Shown here piece after piece: positions 11,837 to 23,940 of a stretch of DNA of 64,000 nucleotides. The stretch covers positions 43,710,001 through 43,774,000 of the forward strand of contig OX597831.1 in NCBI GenBank assembly GCA_951406725.2. The letters are read 5' to 3'. The notes under the pieces were generated by a model. The model searched no databases and was not told the DNA's origin. It saw only the letters and a program-made list of their open reading frames with translations. The translations under genes were made by a program, and so were the position numbers. Within the stretch, counting starts at the first letter, position 1. Every line of letters begins with the position of its first letter. Origin of the DNA: Octopus vulgaris (lineage: Eukaryota).

Positions 11837-12150
11837 CGGGAAGCTTTATGAAAATAGACAAAAGACGAAGGCAGGTGGGAAACAAACAAACAATTGTATT
11901 AGTATGGCGCTCAGGAAATATAAATAAAACAAGTCTTTAACGTTTCGAGCCTACGCTCTTCAACAGAAAGATACACAGAGAGAAAAAAACACAGAAAGAA
12001 GGAGAGAAAAAAAATGCGTGCAGTAACTAACGAATCAACATGGCGATCTGATTTCGGCCAGAGGTCGAAGATCAAACATGAGACGCGAGAGCGAAATAAG
12101 GGGAGATAATAGGGTTGATAATAGGGTTGACTGACCAACTCCAACATGAG
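11836..12150 (-). mobile_element. Family H1 element (longest copy)
   Basis: Reverse-complement match to 10180-10380, with extra 5' sequence to about 12150. Confidence 0.65.
11934..11971 (-). ncRNA. Minimal hammerhead-like motif, variant core (H1)
   Basis: TCTTT-CTGTTGA-A-GAGC-GTAG-GCTC-GAAA-CG-TT-AAAGA. Confidence 0.7.
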
Positions 12151-12262
12151 GGTGTGTGTGTGTGTATGAGAGAGTATTAGTGCGTATGAGAGGTCTGGAC
12201 GTGTGTATGTATAGGGTTATATATATATATATATATATAATTGTTTGCTATGATATATGGTT

Positions 12263-12319
12263 TGTGCCTGATGAATATGCTTGAGGTATTTCTCAACATA
12301 TGAAACTATTTGTAATACA
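12263..12319 (+). ncRNA. Type I hammerhead motif (stems I and III imperfect)
   Basis: CTGATGA at 12268-12274; stem II ATATG(C)TTGAG-gtattt-CTCAACATAT (10 bp plus one bulge); GAAAC at 12302; starts about 25 bp after a (TA)n tract. Confidence 0.7.
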
Positions 12320-12407
12320 TATAAACATGTATTGTGTCTATTAAATAGTATTTATCTCTCACCAGATAGAGTGCTTTTTTTTTCATTTTACCATCATGGG
12401 ACAGTAC

Positions 12408-12788
12408 GTGGTAAGTAGCTTGCTAACCAACCACATGGTTCCGGGTTCAGTCCCACTGCGTGGCATCTTGGGCAAGTGTCTTCTGCTATAACCCCGGGCC
12501 GACCAATGCCTTGTGAGTGGATTTGGTAGACGGAAACTGAAAGAAGCCTGTCGTATATATGTATATATGTACATGTATGTATATGTTTGTGTGTCTGTGT
12601 TTGTCCCTCTAGCATTGCTTGACAACCGATGCCGGTGTGTTTACGTCCCCGTCACTTAGCAAAAGGGACCGCTAGAATAAGTACTAGGCTTACAAAGAAT
12701 AAGTCCCGGGGTCGATTTGCTCGACTAAAGGCGGTGCTCCAGCATGGCCGCAGTCAAATGACTGAAACAAGTAAAAGAGTAAAGAGAA
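12408..12788 (+). mobile_element. SINE family A
   Basis: Near-consensus copy. Confidence 0.85.
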
Positions 12789-12807
12789 TATATATATATA
12801 TACATAT

Positions 12808-12991
<184 letters not shown>

Positions 12992-13276
12992 GTAAGGTCC
13001 AAGGATCAAGGTGTAAGATGAAAGTTAGCTTCAAGCAATCCATAGTAAATGTTAAAAAAAAACAACTTTCAGGAACAAGATTGGTTTATTGAGACAGAAG
13101 ATTATGGATTATTTTTCTTTATCAGAGAATGATGATCTGAAAAAAATTCTTTTTATATCACCACGGTAGGTGCCTAGGGCTGCTGAGTGTGCAGAAAAGA
13201 ATTCCATAACTCATATATATATATATATACATATACATACATACATATATATATGTATATATATATATAAATATAT

Positions 13277-13832
13277 GCGTAAATGTCTAACGATGAGAAT
13301 GAATGCTCAACACCACAGTTGTAGATAAAATTTCCTTATTTGTGTTTTAAGGCTGCCATTGGTTTCATGTTAAGAAAACGTTGTGATATCTTAATTATTC
13401 AAGTCGATCACATGGAGAAATGGCATTCGTCTCCATTTTGATTGAAGGACTTATGGACTAGCATCTACACTATCAGAAAGTTGAACTATGAACTTTTATG
13501 TTTCTTCTTTCCTTCATTTCTTTATTTCATCATTTCCTTAATCTATACCCTTCACATTTTCCCTATTTGTCTCTGATGACGGGGTATCACAGAAACAGTT
13601 GTAAGACTTATAAATTTTTTAATAGTAATAACGTATATGACTTGAGATGCTTGCCTTGCCTTAACATTTGTTGTCCTCTTTAACAAATATATATCTGCTA
13701 TATCAGAAATCTACAATGGTTCTATAACTCCCATTTTGGCTATGAGTTTGGAGCTCTGGTAATCCGTTATAGCACTTACCCAACATACCTAGTCGTTTAG
13801 ATCACCTGTGAACTAAACCCCTATGTTTTGTG
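13277..13832 (+). mobile_element. Penelope-like element 3' fragment (family H2)
   Basis: Lies between (TA)n tracts and contains an HHR at 13569. Its 3' ~200 bp recur inverted at 10425-10592 and in direct orientation at 10620-10685. Confidence 0.55.
13569..13607 (+). ncRNA. Type I hammerhead motif, stem II decayed
   Basis: GTCT-CTGATGA-CGGGGTATCACA-GAAA-CAGTTG-TA-AGAC. Confidence 0.7.
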
Positions 13833-13990
13833 TGTGTGTATATATATATATATATATAAGTTCAGCAAAAATTTAGATTCGAATGAATATGGTACTTAAT
13901 TTAGATGCACCAGAATTTTGTATGGTGTTATCCATAAAAATTTGTGGGGTGATTATAATCAAAATAAGCAACAAGAATGACTCCAGTAAT

Positions 13991-14076
13991 TTGGTACAAT
14001 CGTTTCGTACTACATCATTTTATTAAATGTTGTAAGTATTACAACAGATTTAAGATGCTGAGTACTCATCAGCCAA
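13991..14076 (-). ncRNA. Type I hammerhead motif (left arm of palindrome)
   Basis: Reverse complement of 14100-14185. Confidence 0.8.
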
Positions 14077-14099
14077 TTATAGAGATTTTCCATTAATAA

Positions 14100-14185
14100 T
14101 TGGCTGATGAGTACTCAGCATCTTAAATCTGTTGTAATATTTACAACATTTAATAAAATGATGTAGTACGAAACGATTGTACCAA
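14100..14185 (+). ncRNA. Type I hammerhead motif (right arm of palindrome)
   Basis: TTGG-CTGATGA-GTACT[extended stem with CATC/GATG and TGTTGTAA/TTACAACA]AGTAC-GAAA-CGATTG-TA-CCAA. Confidence 0.8.
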
Positions 14186-14229
14186 ATTACTGGAGTCATT
14201 CTTGTTGCTTATTTTGACTATACATATAT

Positions 14230-14260
<31 letters not shown>

Positions 14261-14484
14261 AAGTGAATTGGGATATATAATTCAGGTCTTTACCTCATAT
14301 TGCTTTTTGTGGGGTTCTGAAGAATTAATTCCATAGAGCGCTGTGAAGGAAAAAACTGCACAGCATATGGAAATAAATTAGAAATTGTAAAATGGTAATG
14401 ACACAACACAAGATTGATAATAATGGAAATTGAAGAAACCATCGCAATTTAGATGTTTTATTCTAATTATATTATATTATATGT

Positions 14485-14997
14485 AAGGCAGCAAGCTAGC
14501 AGAATCGTTAGCATGCTTGGCAAAATGCTTGGTGGTATTTCATCTGTTGCTACATTCTGAGTTCAAATTCTGCCGAGGTTGACTTTGCCTTTCATCCATC
14601 TGGGGTTGATAAATCAAGTAACAGTCACAGAAGTCTGGTGCAGGCTTCAGCCTGGCCAGCTTTTGTGGGACTGTCCCACCCATGCTAGCATGGAACATGG
14701 ATGTTAAGTGATGATGATGATGATGATGAGTACAGGGAGTTGATGTGATTGACTATCTCTTTACCCACAAAATCCAGGCCCTGTCCCTTATTATTATTAT
14801 TATTATTATTAAGGTGGTGAGCTGGCAGAATCGCTAACTTGCTAGACAAAACGCTTAGTGGTATTTTGCCTGTTGCTACTACATTCTGAGTTCAAATTCT
14901 GCTGAGGTCAACTTTGCCTTTCATCCTTTCAGGGTCGATAAATAAGTACCAGCGAAACACTGGGGTTCATATGATTGACTTGTCTTCTCTCCCAATA
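14485..14997 (+). mobile_element. Two SINE family B copies, the first with a nested family C tail (14625-14730)
   Basis: AAGG..G..AGCT..CAGAATCG heads at 14485 and 14811; (ATT)n tails. Confidence 0.75.
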
Positions 14998-15028
<31 letters not shown>

Positions 15029-15039
15029 TATGTCTTATA

Positions 15040-15228
15040 TCTTTTATATGTTTCAGTCATTAGACTGTGGCCATGCTGGGGCACTGCCTGGAAGAATTTT
15101 TAGTCAAATGCATCAATCCCAGTACTTATTCTATCAGCCCTTATTGCCGAACTGCTAAGTTACGGGTATGTAAACACAGCAACACTGGTTACCAAGTGGT
15201 GTTAGGGGACAAACACAGACACAAATCC

Positions 15229-15283
<55 letters not shown>

Positions 15284-15870
15284 AAGGAAAGAATAAATAG
15301 AGTCAAAAGAAAGAAGGTGTACGATTCGACAGCTGTTTAATGATTTCTACACATGTTTCGATACAACATAGATCCATATATATATTTGACTATATTTATT
15401 CTTTCCTTTTTATTTTTCACACACGAAGAATACCTAGAATTGGTAGTATACCATAATACTGCCAGCTATCTGATAATTCTAAGGGTAAACGAGCTCTATT
15501 TTGTACTCTAATAAGTCCTAAACAAAATACACTTCAACTTATATATGTTTATGTTTATGCTTTCCAGTTTCAGCTCTCGAGCTGTGGCCATGCTGGGGCA
15601 ATATATATATATATAATAAATGTGTATATTTAAAGGGCAGAACCACTAGGTGGTCGGCCGTATGGTAGAAGTAGATCACCTAGTGGTTCTGCCCTTTAAA
15701 TATACACATGTATTAGAATTTTCTGATTTTTCAGATTTTTGTATGCTAGGCTACTGGTTTTAAATTGATATTAATTAAATTAATATTAAATTTATCTCCC
15801 TCATTATTTATATATATATATACTTATGACTGGTTTCTTTCAGTTTCCATCTACTAAATCTACTCCCAAA
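15040..15870 (-). mobile_element. SINE family A split by insertions at its internal microsatellite
   Basis: 3' half at 15040-15228; partial 5' half at 15828-15870. Confidence 0.6.
15620..15709. repeat. Perfect 33-bp inverted repeat with 24-nt spacer
   Basis: ATGTGTATATTTAAAGGGCAGAACCACTAGGTG (15620-15652) versus 15677-15709. Confidence 0.95.
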
Positions 15871-16239
15871 GACCTAATATTAATATAAAATAATGACACA
15901 CTCTTGAGAAGAAACACAGTTGATGAAACTAGTGTAAAAACAAATTAACTCTTTAGCATTTAAAAGGACCATATCCAACCCAAATATTCTGCTTGTTTTA
16001 CGTTCAAACAAACCAGATCAGACCTCTCACAACTATCCTAAAAATAAACAATCATATTATATTAATCTAAAAGCTACGAGATAATGCAAGATTAATTATT
16101 CAAAGCAGTGTGAATAAACAAGCATTACATTTAACAGAATAATCTGAAAACATAATCACAATTTTAGGAAGCACAGAGATTATAAAATTATATGAGATCC
16201 AAGAACCATATGCAGTTCGAGTAGAAAGAAATGGCTTAA

Positions 16240-16684
16240 CCGTTTAGCATTCAGGTTACTCTATTAAATGTAGTGCTAATTTATTTCCATTGTTTTGAAT
16301 TTTTCCAGGATTATCTTGTAGCCTTGAGATTTAGATAATGTGGCTGTATATTTTTTAGACTAACATTGTAGGATAGGTGTGAGAGGTTGGATCTGTTCAG
16401 TTTGAATATAAAACAGTGTGACTATTTTGGCCAGATATGGCTGGTTTAACCCTTTTGTTACTGTATTTATTTTGAGATGCTCTGTGTTTCTTTTAATTAC
16501 GTTAAATATAACAAAGAATTTAGTAAAATAACTTAGTTATCATTCAGCTACCGTTAGGAACGTAAATTGTTACTAAGGTTTAGTGGAAGATTTTAGTTCA
16601 AAACTTATGAAAACAAGACATTTGCACTCAGAGCCAGGGCCAGTTTCAGTCGGGTTGGTAACGAAAGGGTTAAATGCTAAATGG
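16240..16684. mobile_element. piggyBac-like MITE (second family) containing a nested piggyBac-like MITE at 16450-16669
   Basis: Outer TTAA|CCGTTTAGCATT...AATGCTAAATGG|TTAA; inner TTAA|CCCTTTTG...CGAAAGGG|TTAA. A further outer-type copy lies inverted at 15945-16150. Confidence 0.8.
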
Positions 16685-17553
16685 TTAAACTGGGAAATGA
16701 TAATAACTTAGACACAAACTTGTCTGTGATCCTTGCTTCAGTGCAATAAAAGTATTTGTGTTTCGTTTGGCTAAGCACACAGGCTCTTTATTTTTAGAGG
16801 AAGGATGAGGTGGCATTCATACTTTTCTTAAGGCAATGAAGACCCATAAATAAAATGGGTCAATTTCAAACAAGAAACTACATCAGCCATTGTTATTACA
16901 TGCAGTGACCGTCATTCTTTTCTTGAACCAATTAATATTACAAATAAAATGAGTCAGCATTGATCAAGAATTAAATGAGACTCAATTTAAAACTCAGAAA
17001 GCTATTGCTATTTGCTCTTGCTCAACAGCACTTGATTTATCTGAGTAAAATAACTATTTCTCAGACCGATTACAAGATCACAGCTTTCTTATATGAAAGT
17101 ATAATCAGTTAAAATGACTCCACCTTCTGATGGTGTCCAAGTACTTAATTTATCATCCCTAGATATATCAATGACAGAGTTGAACCAGGTCAGATTTGAA
17201 CATAGATTGTAGGGATATGAAACGAAATTCTACAAAATAGCTAGTCCGGCAGACTCTAGCTACTGCCATGGCAATGCCCCTATATTGCAGTAAAACCTCA
17301 ACAATGCATTGTGAGAATTCTAGAATGTTGATGTGTTTTATACACACAGAACTACTGATGTCAATAAATTCAAGTAATGTGTTGAATATAACAATTAAAT
17401 TAATGAAGTATGACATCTGATTAACATCTCAGATTAGAAAAGAAAGTAAGGATTTAATGCTTTGAAATTAGGCCAGAGTTTCATAATCTGCTTGGACACA
17501 ATACAAAAGACAAAATCATTCTGTAATCTGTCTGCGGGTAAGTAAGTATTTAA

Positions 17554-18190
17554 CCCCTTTCATACCAATCCACCTGAAACCAACCTTGGTTCTATGAGAC
17601 TAAATTCCTGTTTTAAAATGATCTATATTACAACCTTCCAGCAAAATTTCATGTTAATATATGTTCCAAACACTAGATTAATTATGACAAAGTTATTTCA
17701 CTAAATTCTTAATTTTTTTCAAAATTAATTGTAACAACGACAGAATAATTCAACAAAAATATGATAACCAAAGGGCTAACCCCTTTGATACCAACCCTCT
17801 TAAAACTGCCCCTAATTCTATGATGTTTTAAAACAATCTAACTAAAAGCCTTTCATCAAAATTTCATGTTAACCCTTTTGTTACCATATTTCTGTTGAGA
17901 TGCTCTTTGTTTCTTTCAATTAATTTTAAATATAACGAAGAATTAGCAAAATAATTTAGTTTATCATTAAGCTAGTGTTAGGAACATAAATTGTGACTAA
18001 GGTTTGGTGGAAGATTTTAATTCAGAACTTTTGAAAACAAGACATTTGTACTACAGAGCCAGGGGCGGTTTCAAAAGGGTTAAATCATGTTCCAAACACC
18101 TACTTGACAATGACAAAGTTACTTAATTAAATTCTTTACTATTTTCAAAAATTAATTTAAACAATTTCAACAGAAATATAGTAACCAGGG
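17554..18190. mobile_element. Stack of three piggyBac-like MITEs (17554-17775; 17780-18190; nested 17873-18079)
   Basis: CCC...GGG termini, most at (T/C)TAA sites; internal similarity to 5774-5993. Confidence 0.75.
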
Positions 18191-18724
18191 CCTTAAGTTC
18201 AGTTTTACAAGCTAACTAAATAATCAGTCATACAGAGTTCTTACTGATAACAATGGTCACATCTACCATGCTTCCTTCCTTCCGTTTTTGGGCCCCTCAA
18301 CTCATGGAATGGGGTGGGAGATCATAGAAGCACTACTGCGATATATGTATGGTATGTCTTGGAGATTTTAAAACTGATGGAACCTTTCCCCTTCTATATC
18401 TGAATATAACCAATTTCTTCCAGAGAGAAAGTGAGAGCAAGATTAAGAAAAATTGACCCCAGTACAGGGCTGGTACTTTATTGACCCTGAAAGGATGAAA
18501 ACCAAAGCCATAGTTGGTGGGATTTGAACTCAGAGAACAGGGTCTTCAGTCCAGTGTCCACTTGAGATACCCAGATTACCATAAAACCAATTAATTAGTT
18601 TGGGGGACTGAATAATTGGCCATATTGAGTGATTTGATCAATGGACACAGCGCAATAACAATGATAAGAACTGGATCAGCAGGTCATATATTCTATGCAT
18701 GAAGAATGAAAGAATGGATGTGCA

Positions 18725-18768
<44 letters not shown>

Positions 18769-18882
18769 GTATGTATATATATATATATATAAATTTGTCA
18801 CCATATATATATTATATATGCGTATGTGTGCATATATGTAATGTGTACCTATATATGTATGTGTATGTATATATATATATAT

Positions 18883-19091
18883 AGGCATAGGAGTGGCTGT
18901 ATGGTAAGAAGCTTGCTTCCCAACCACATGGTTCCAGGTTCAGTCCCACTGCGTACCACCTTGGGCAAGTGTCTTGTACTATAGCCTTGGGTTGACCAAA
19001 GCCTTGTGAGTGGGTTTGGTGGATGGAAACTGAAAGAAGCGCATCATTATATATATATACTATATTTAATATATATATATTATATACATAT

Positions 19092-19174
<83 letters not shown>

Positions 19175-19411
19175 TAGATATGTATATATATATATAAATA
19201 TGTATTTGTGTGTCTGTGTTTGCCCCCCGCCATTGCTTGCCAAATGATGCAGGTGTGTTTGCGTCCCCGTAACTTAGTTCGGCAAAAGACCCCAATAGAA
19301 TAAGTACTAAGCTTACAAAGAATAAGTCCTGGGGTCAATTTGTTCAATTAAAGGCAGTGCTCCAGCATGGCTGCAATCAAAATGATTGAACTAAGTAAAA
19401 GAATAACAGAA
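18883..19411 (+). mobile_element. SINE family A, full length
   Basis: Head, expanded internal microsatellite and tail all present. Confidence 0.85.
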
Positions 19412-19469
19412 TATATATATATATAGATAGATAGATATGTGTATACATATATATCTATCTACCTATCTC

Positions 19470-19867
19470 ATCATCATCATCATCATCATCATTTAATGTC
19501 TGTTGTCCATGCTGGCAGGGGTTGGACGGTTTGACCAGGGCTGGTAAGCTGGAAGGCTGCACCAGACTCCAGTCTGATATGGTGCTGTTTCCCCGGCTGG
19601 AATGCTCCTCCTAACACCAACCACTCCAAGAGTGTAATAGGTGCTCTTACGTGTCACTGGTACAGGTGCCATTTGCTTGACACCAGTATCTCTTTTACTC
19701 TTTTATTTGTTGACTGCAGCCATGCTGGAGCACTGCCTTTAATTGAACAAATTGACCTCAGAACTTTTTCTATTGCTCTCTTTTGCCGAACCACTAAGTT
19801 ATAGGGATGTAGACACACTAACATCGGTTGCCAGGTGATGGTAGGGGGGACAAACACAAACATATAC

Positions 19868-19914
<47 letters not shown>

Positions 19915-20200
19915 GAGCTTCTTTCAGTTTCTGTCTATCAAACCCACTCACAAGGCTTTGGTCGGCCGGAAGCTATAGCAGAAGACACATGCCCACGGTG
20001 CCACGCAGTGGGATTGAACCCGGAAGTATGTGGTTGGTAAGCAACCTACTTACCACACAGCCACTCCTGCACCTACACAAATGCTTTGGCTTGATAGCTC
20101 TTCATCGCAAGCACAAAATAATGCCAAAGGTCTCGATCATTCATCATTGCCCTTGTGAGGCCCAACGCTGAAAAGATGCTCTTTATGTGCCACCAGCACA
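19470..20200 (-). mobile_element. Family C element interrupted by SINE A (19690-20074, -); includes an RTE ORF-end-like remnant at 20077-20170
   Basis: Tail at 19470-19690. The remnant translates LGLTRAMMNDRDLWHYFVL, resembling the DRxxW C-terminus of RTE-clade ORFs. Confidence 0.6.
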
Positions 20201-20209
20201 TATAATAAT

Positions 20210-20532
20210 GGCCTCCGTGTCGGTGACACGTAAAAGGCACCATCCGAATCGTGGCCGAAGCCAGTGCCGCCTCGACTGGCTTCCGTGCCGGTGGCACGTA
20301 AAATGCACCAATCCGACCGTGGCCGATGCCAGCCTCGCCTGGCACCAGTGCAGGTGGCACGTAAAAAGCACCCACTACACTCACGGAGTGGTTGGCATTA
20401 GGAAGGGCATCCAGCTGTAGTAGATAAGACCGGAGCCTGGTGCAGCCTTCTGGCTTCCCAGATCCCCGGTCGAACCGTCCAACCCATGCTAGCATGGAGA
20501 ACGGACGTTAAACGATGATGATGATGATGATG
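20210..20532 (+). mobile_element. Retroposon family C
   Basis: Core plus GGACGTTAAACGATGATGAT tail. Confidence 0.8.
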
Positions 20533-20539
20533 TTGAGAT

Positions 20540-20609
<70 letters not shown>

Positions 20610-20846
20610 GTAAAAGTAGAGTTAGAGAAAAGATACGCAGGCTGCCAAGAGAGGGATGAAAGAGAAAAACTCAAAGCAAACAAAACTTCTATATAAAAAC
20701 TTATCTATAGTGATGATCCGATGGCGTTCTATGTGTGAGCTGAAACTTTATACGGAAGTTCCAAACAGGTGATGTTATAAACAAAATATCCAAATACTAC
20801 CTTAATAATCATAATTGTAGAGCAAAGAGAAGAAAGTAGCCAATAA

Positions 20847-20951
<105 letters not shown>

Positions 20952-21318
20952 AGTGAAATATCCAGATAGGAAAACTTAGACATCAACTTTCAGAAGTCAA
21001 TTAAAAATAAATAAATAAACGGGTAAGTAAATAAATAGATAAAAAAAAAAAAATTATTGCTGCAGTTCATAAAACTAGAAGAGATTTTGTGTAAAATTTC
21101 TTTAAAAAAAAAACCCCCCAATACAATATTATAAAACAGGAATGACAAATTCAATTAAATTAAATTAAACAAGAAATATTTTAAATTCCCATCATCAATT
21201 TTACTTTGGGATCAAAAAACTCAACTAAAAATGAAAAAAAACAACGAAAAAATAGGAAGAAAATATTTGCCCAGAAATTCCAAGTATAAAAGATACATGC
21301 AGATATTTGTGAGAGCCT

Positions 21319-21380
<62 letters not shown>

Positions 21381-21733
21381 TATATAATGTTCAGGAGGTG
21401 AAATACTTTAATCAATAAGTTTATTACGTAATGCAATAGAAATTTACCAGTTTAACTGGAAAGACATTTTAAGTGGCTACTGTGTTCGCCATCATGTTAA
21501 TAGGAAAATTTGCTTTGCTCATTTTCCTTCATTTCCGTCAACAAAGCAACAACAACAACAACAATAATAATAATAATAATAATAATGTGTGTTGTGAAGA
21601 AAGAAGTTACCACAAACACACAGACACACACCAGTCTAGCTACAACAAGAACTGAACTAAGTCGATAGGTTTTCTCACTATGACAATACCAGGTTAGCCT
21701 GACCTCGGTTAAAATAACACCATATTCACTCAC

Positions 21734-21846
21734 ATAGGGTATAGCATGCAGTTTTCTTCTACTTTTTGTTTTAATTTCAGTATTTTTAACGGAAGACGTT
21801 CAAATGTGACTTGCCGAGCAAAAGTAATTAGGGATGGTTTATACAA
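21734..21846 (-). other. Candidate 113-nt exon (open frame LYKPSLITFARQVTFERLPLKILKLKQKVEENCMLYP)
   Basis: Acceptor ATTTTTCTTACAG and donor GTGAGT; one frame fully open; contains an ATG near the end. Could be coding or UTR. Confidence 0.4.
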
Positions 21847-22059
21847 CTGTAAGAAAAATGGTGATCCTCTCTCTCTCTCTCTGTCTCTTTCTCCCTCTGT
21901 TATATAGCAGCGATAATGCCATACCATAATTAAAAGTAACCCAGATTGTTAAGAGATAGAAAGAAATACAAGAAAAAGTAATGCGGGCTGTGAAATTAAA
22001 AGTGGCTACTAAAGGCAGTTGGCTTTTTCCAACAGAGCAATTTAATAACAATGATAATA

Positions 22060-22099
<40 letters not shown>

Positions 22100-23739
22100 C
22101 AACGATGAAGATGATGATAATGACGATGATGATGATGATGATATTAAACAACAACAACAACAACCTTTTCGTCTTGCGTGAAAACAATACAAAACAACGA
22201 AAGGCAAGAAAACATAAGAGAAATATCAGTAAATATATATATCTAGTTGTTATACAATCTTTTGAATACAGTATTTATAAAGAAACAAAAGAATATAGCC
22301 ACAGCCTGTGATGGAGCCTTTAAGGAAGTCACTGAACATGCTAGAAATAGCAACCAACTCCCCCCCTTCTCTCTCTCTCTCTCTCTTTCTGTCGCAAATC
22401 ATAGTGGAACCGTACTAAGAAAGAAAGGAAGGATACATTGTACAGCGCAGTCCTAGATAAGCTACATTTGAAAAGCAAATAATAACAAGAACAAGCAAAC
22501 AAAAACAAAACAATGAAAAGATGGTCATAGCAAAGAATGAGGAGGCCTTCTTTAATCATTAGGGCCCGCTCGATCAGGGCTGACCCGGGGCTAAACTCCC
22601 AACACGATTGCGACCACCATCATTAAAGATAAACTAAGAAAACAATAGTGAAACAAAAAAAAGCTACAACTCCTCCGCTTTGTACGTATATCTTTTATCT
22701 TTTACTTGTTTCAGTCATTGGACTGCGGCCATGCTGGAACTCAGCCTCGAGTGTGTGTGTGTGTGTGTGTTAAAGAAAGACAGAAAAGGAAAAACAAAAC
22801 TTCATTAGAATGATAAACAAAGGGAAAATATTTGACAGATAGCTGTAATTGCAAAGCATTAAAGAGAGCTGTGAAGAGAAACAGTTGAAGTTTGAAAAAG
22901 AAATGTTGTTTGGAGTAGATTTGAGACGGGAAATTAATTTCGGTAAGGTTTGAAATAAAGAAGTCAAGTCTGAAATGGAATATATTTGATTGTAGAAAGC
23001 AGTGAGTAGGGAGAAAAAGATGAAAATGAAAATGGAAAAAGAAAAAAAAGAAACAGAAAGAAATTTCAGAAATAAAAAAAAAGTAAATGATAGATGAATA
23101 AATAAATAAATGTATAAATGAATAAATAAATAAAGTGTTTAGAAGATGTTATTAGGAAGGCGGGAAAAATAGGTTGCTTGTAGAACTGCTTGTAAAATGT
23201 GTGTAGTACGAGGAAGGGGAGAATGAGGCTTGCTGCTACCGCCATTGTCAAGTTTGTCAAGGCAAGCTAAAGGAGTTTTTTGAGGGGTCGAAAAAGGGAG
23301 AGAGAAAGAAAGAGAGAGAGAGAGAGAGATACGTAGAAAGATAGAGGCTGACAGACAAACATAGAGATGCATGAAGATACACAGAGATAAAGAGATACAG
23401 AGAGAGAAAGAGAGAGACACATACACACAGAGGAAAAAAGTGACATAGAGAGATGGAGAAAGATAATAGGGAGAGAGAAAAAAGAGAGTTACGGATGGGG
23501 TTAGGGAGGGGCCCCTGCAGCCAGCAAAGACACAAACAGACAGGCAGGCAGACAGACACAGAGATTGAGAGATACAACGGGAGTGAGAAAGACAGAGAGA
23601 GAGAGAGAGAGAGAGAGTTACGGAAGGAGTTAGGGAGGGGCCCCTGCAGCCAGCAAAGACACAGACAGGCAGACAGACAGATAGATAGACAAACAGACAT
23701 TAAAAAAAAAAAAAAATAAAATAAAATAAAATAATATAT

Positions 23740-23940
23740 AAAATTCGCGAGCGGGAGGGAAGCGGTGGGGGTAAGCAATTTGACCGGCTGTCGACAGAAA
23801 GCAAAATTTCAATGTTTCTCAATGTCTCCCCCCCCCTCTGTCTTCATTCAGTGTTATATAGCAAAGAGAGTGGAGACGGCGGCGGCGGCGCGGGGAAGGG
23901 AGGGGGCTTAGTTTCTTTCTAAAACTCAGGGTGGAGCGAA
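23740..23940. promoter_or_regulatory. CpG/GC-rich unique patch, possible promoter or 5' UTR
   Basis: TTCGCGAGCGGGAGGG, (GGC)n and GCGGGGAAGGGAGGGGG stand out against an AT-rich background. Confidence 0.35.

Larger units (their letters stand above)
13954..14222. repeat. Long inverted repeat (127-bp arms, 2 mismatches, 15-nt spacer)
   Basis: 13954-14080 is the reverse complement of 14096-14222. Confidence 0.95.

Noticed and set aside
13055-13130. Minus-strand CTGATAA...GAAAG hammerhead-like motif
   Set aside because: G8 is missing and the stems are weak.
17472-17537. Plus-strand exon ending at CGG|GTAAGT
   Set aside because: Weak acceptor and no recognisable peptide.
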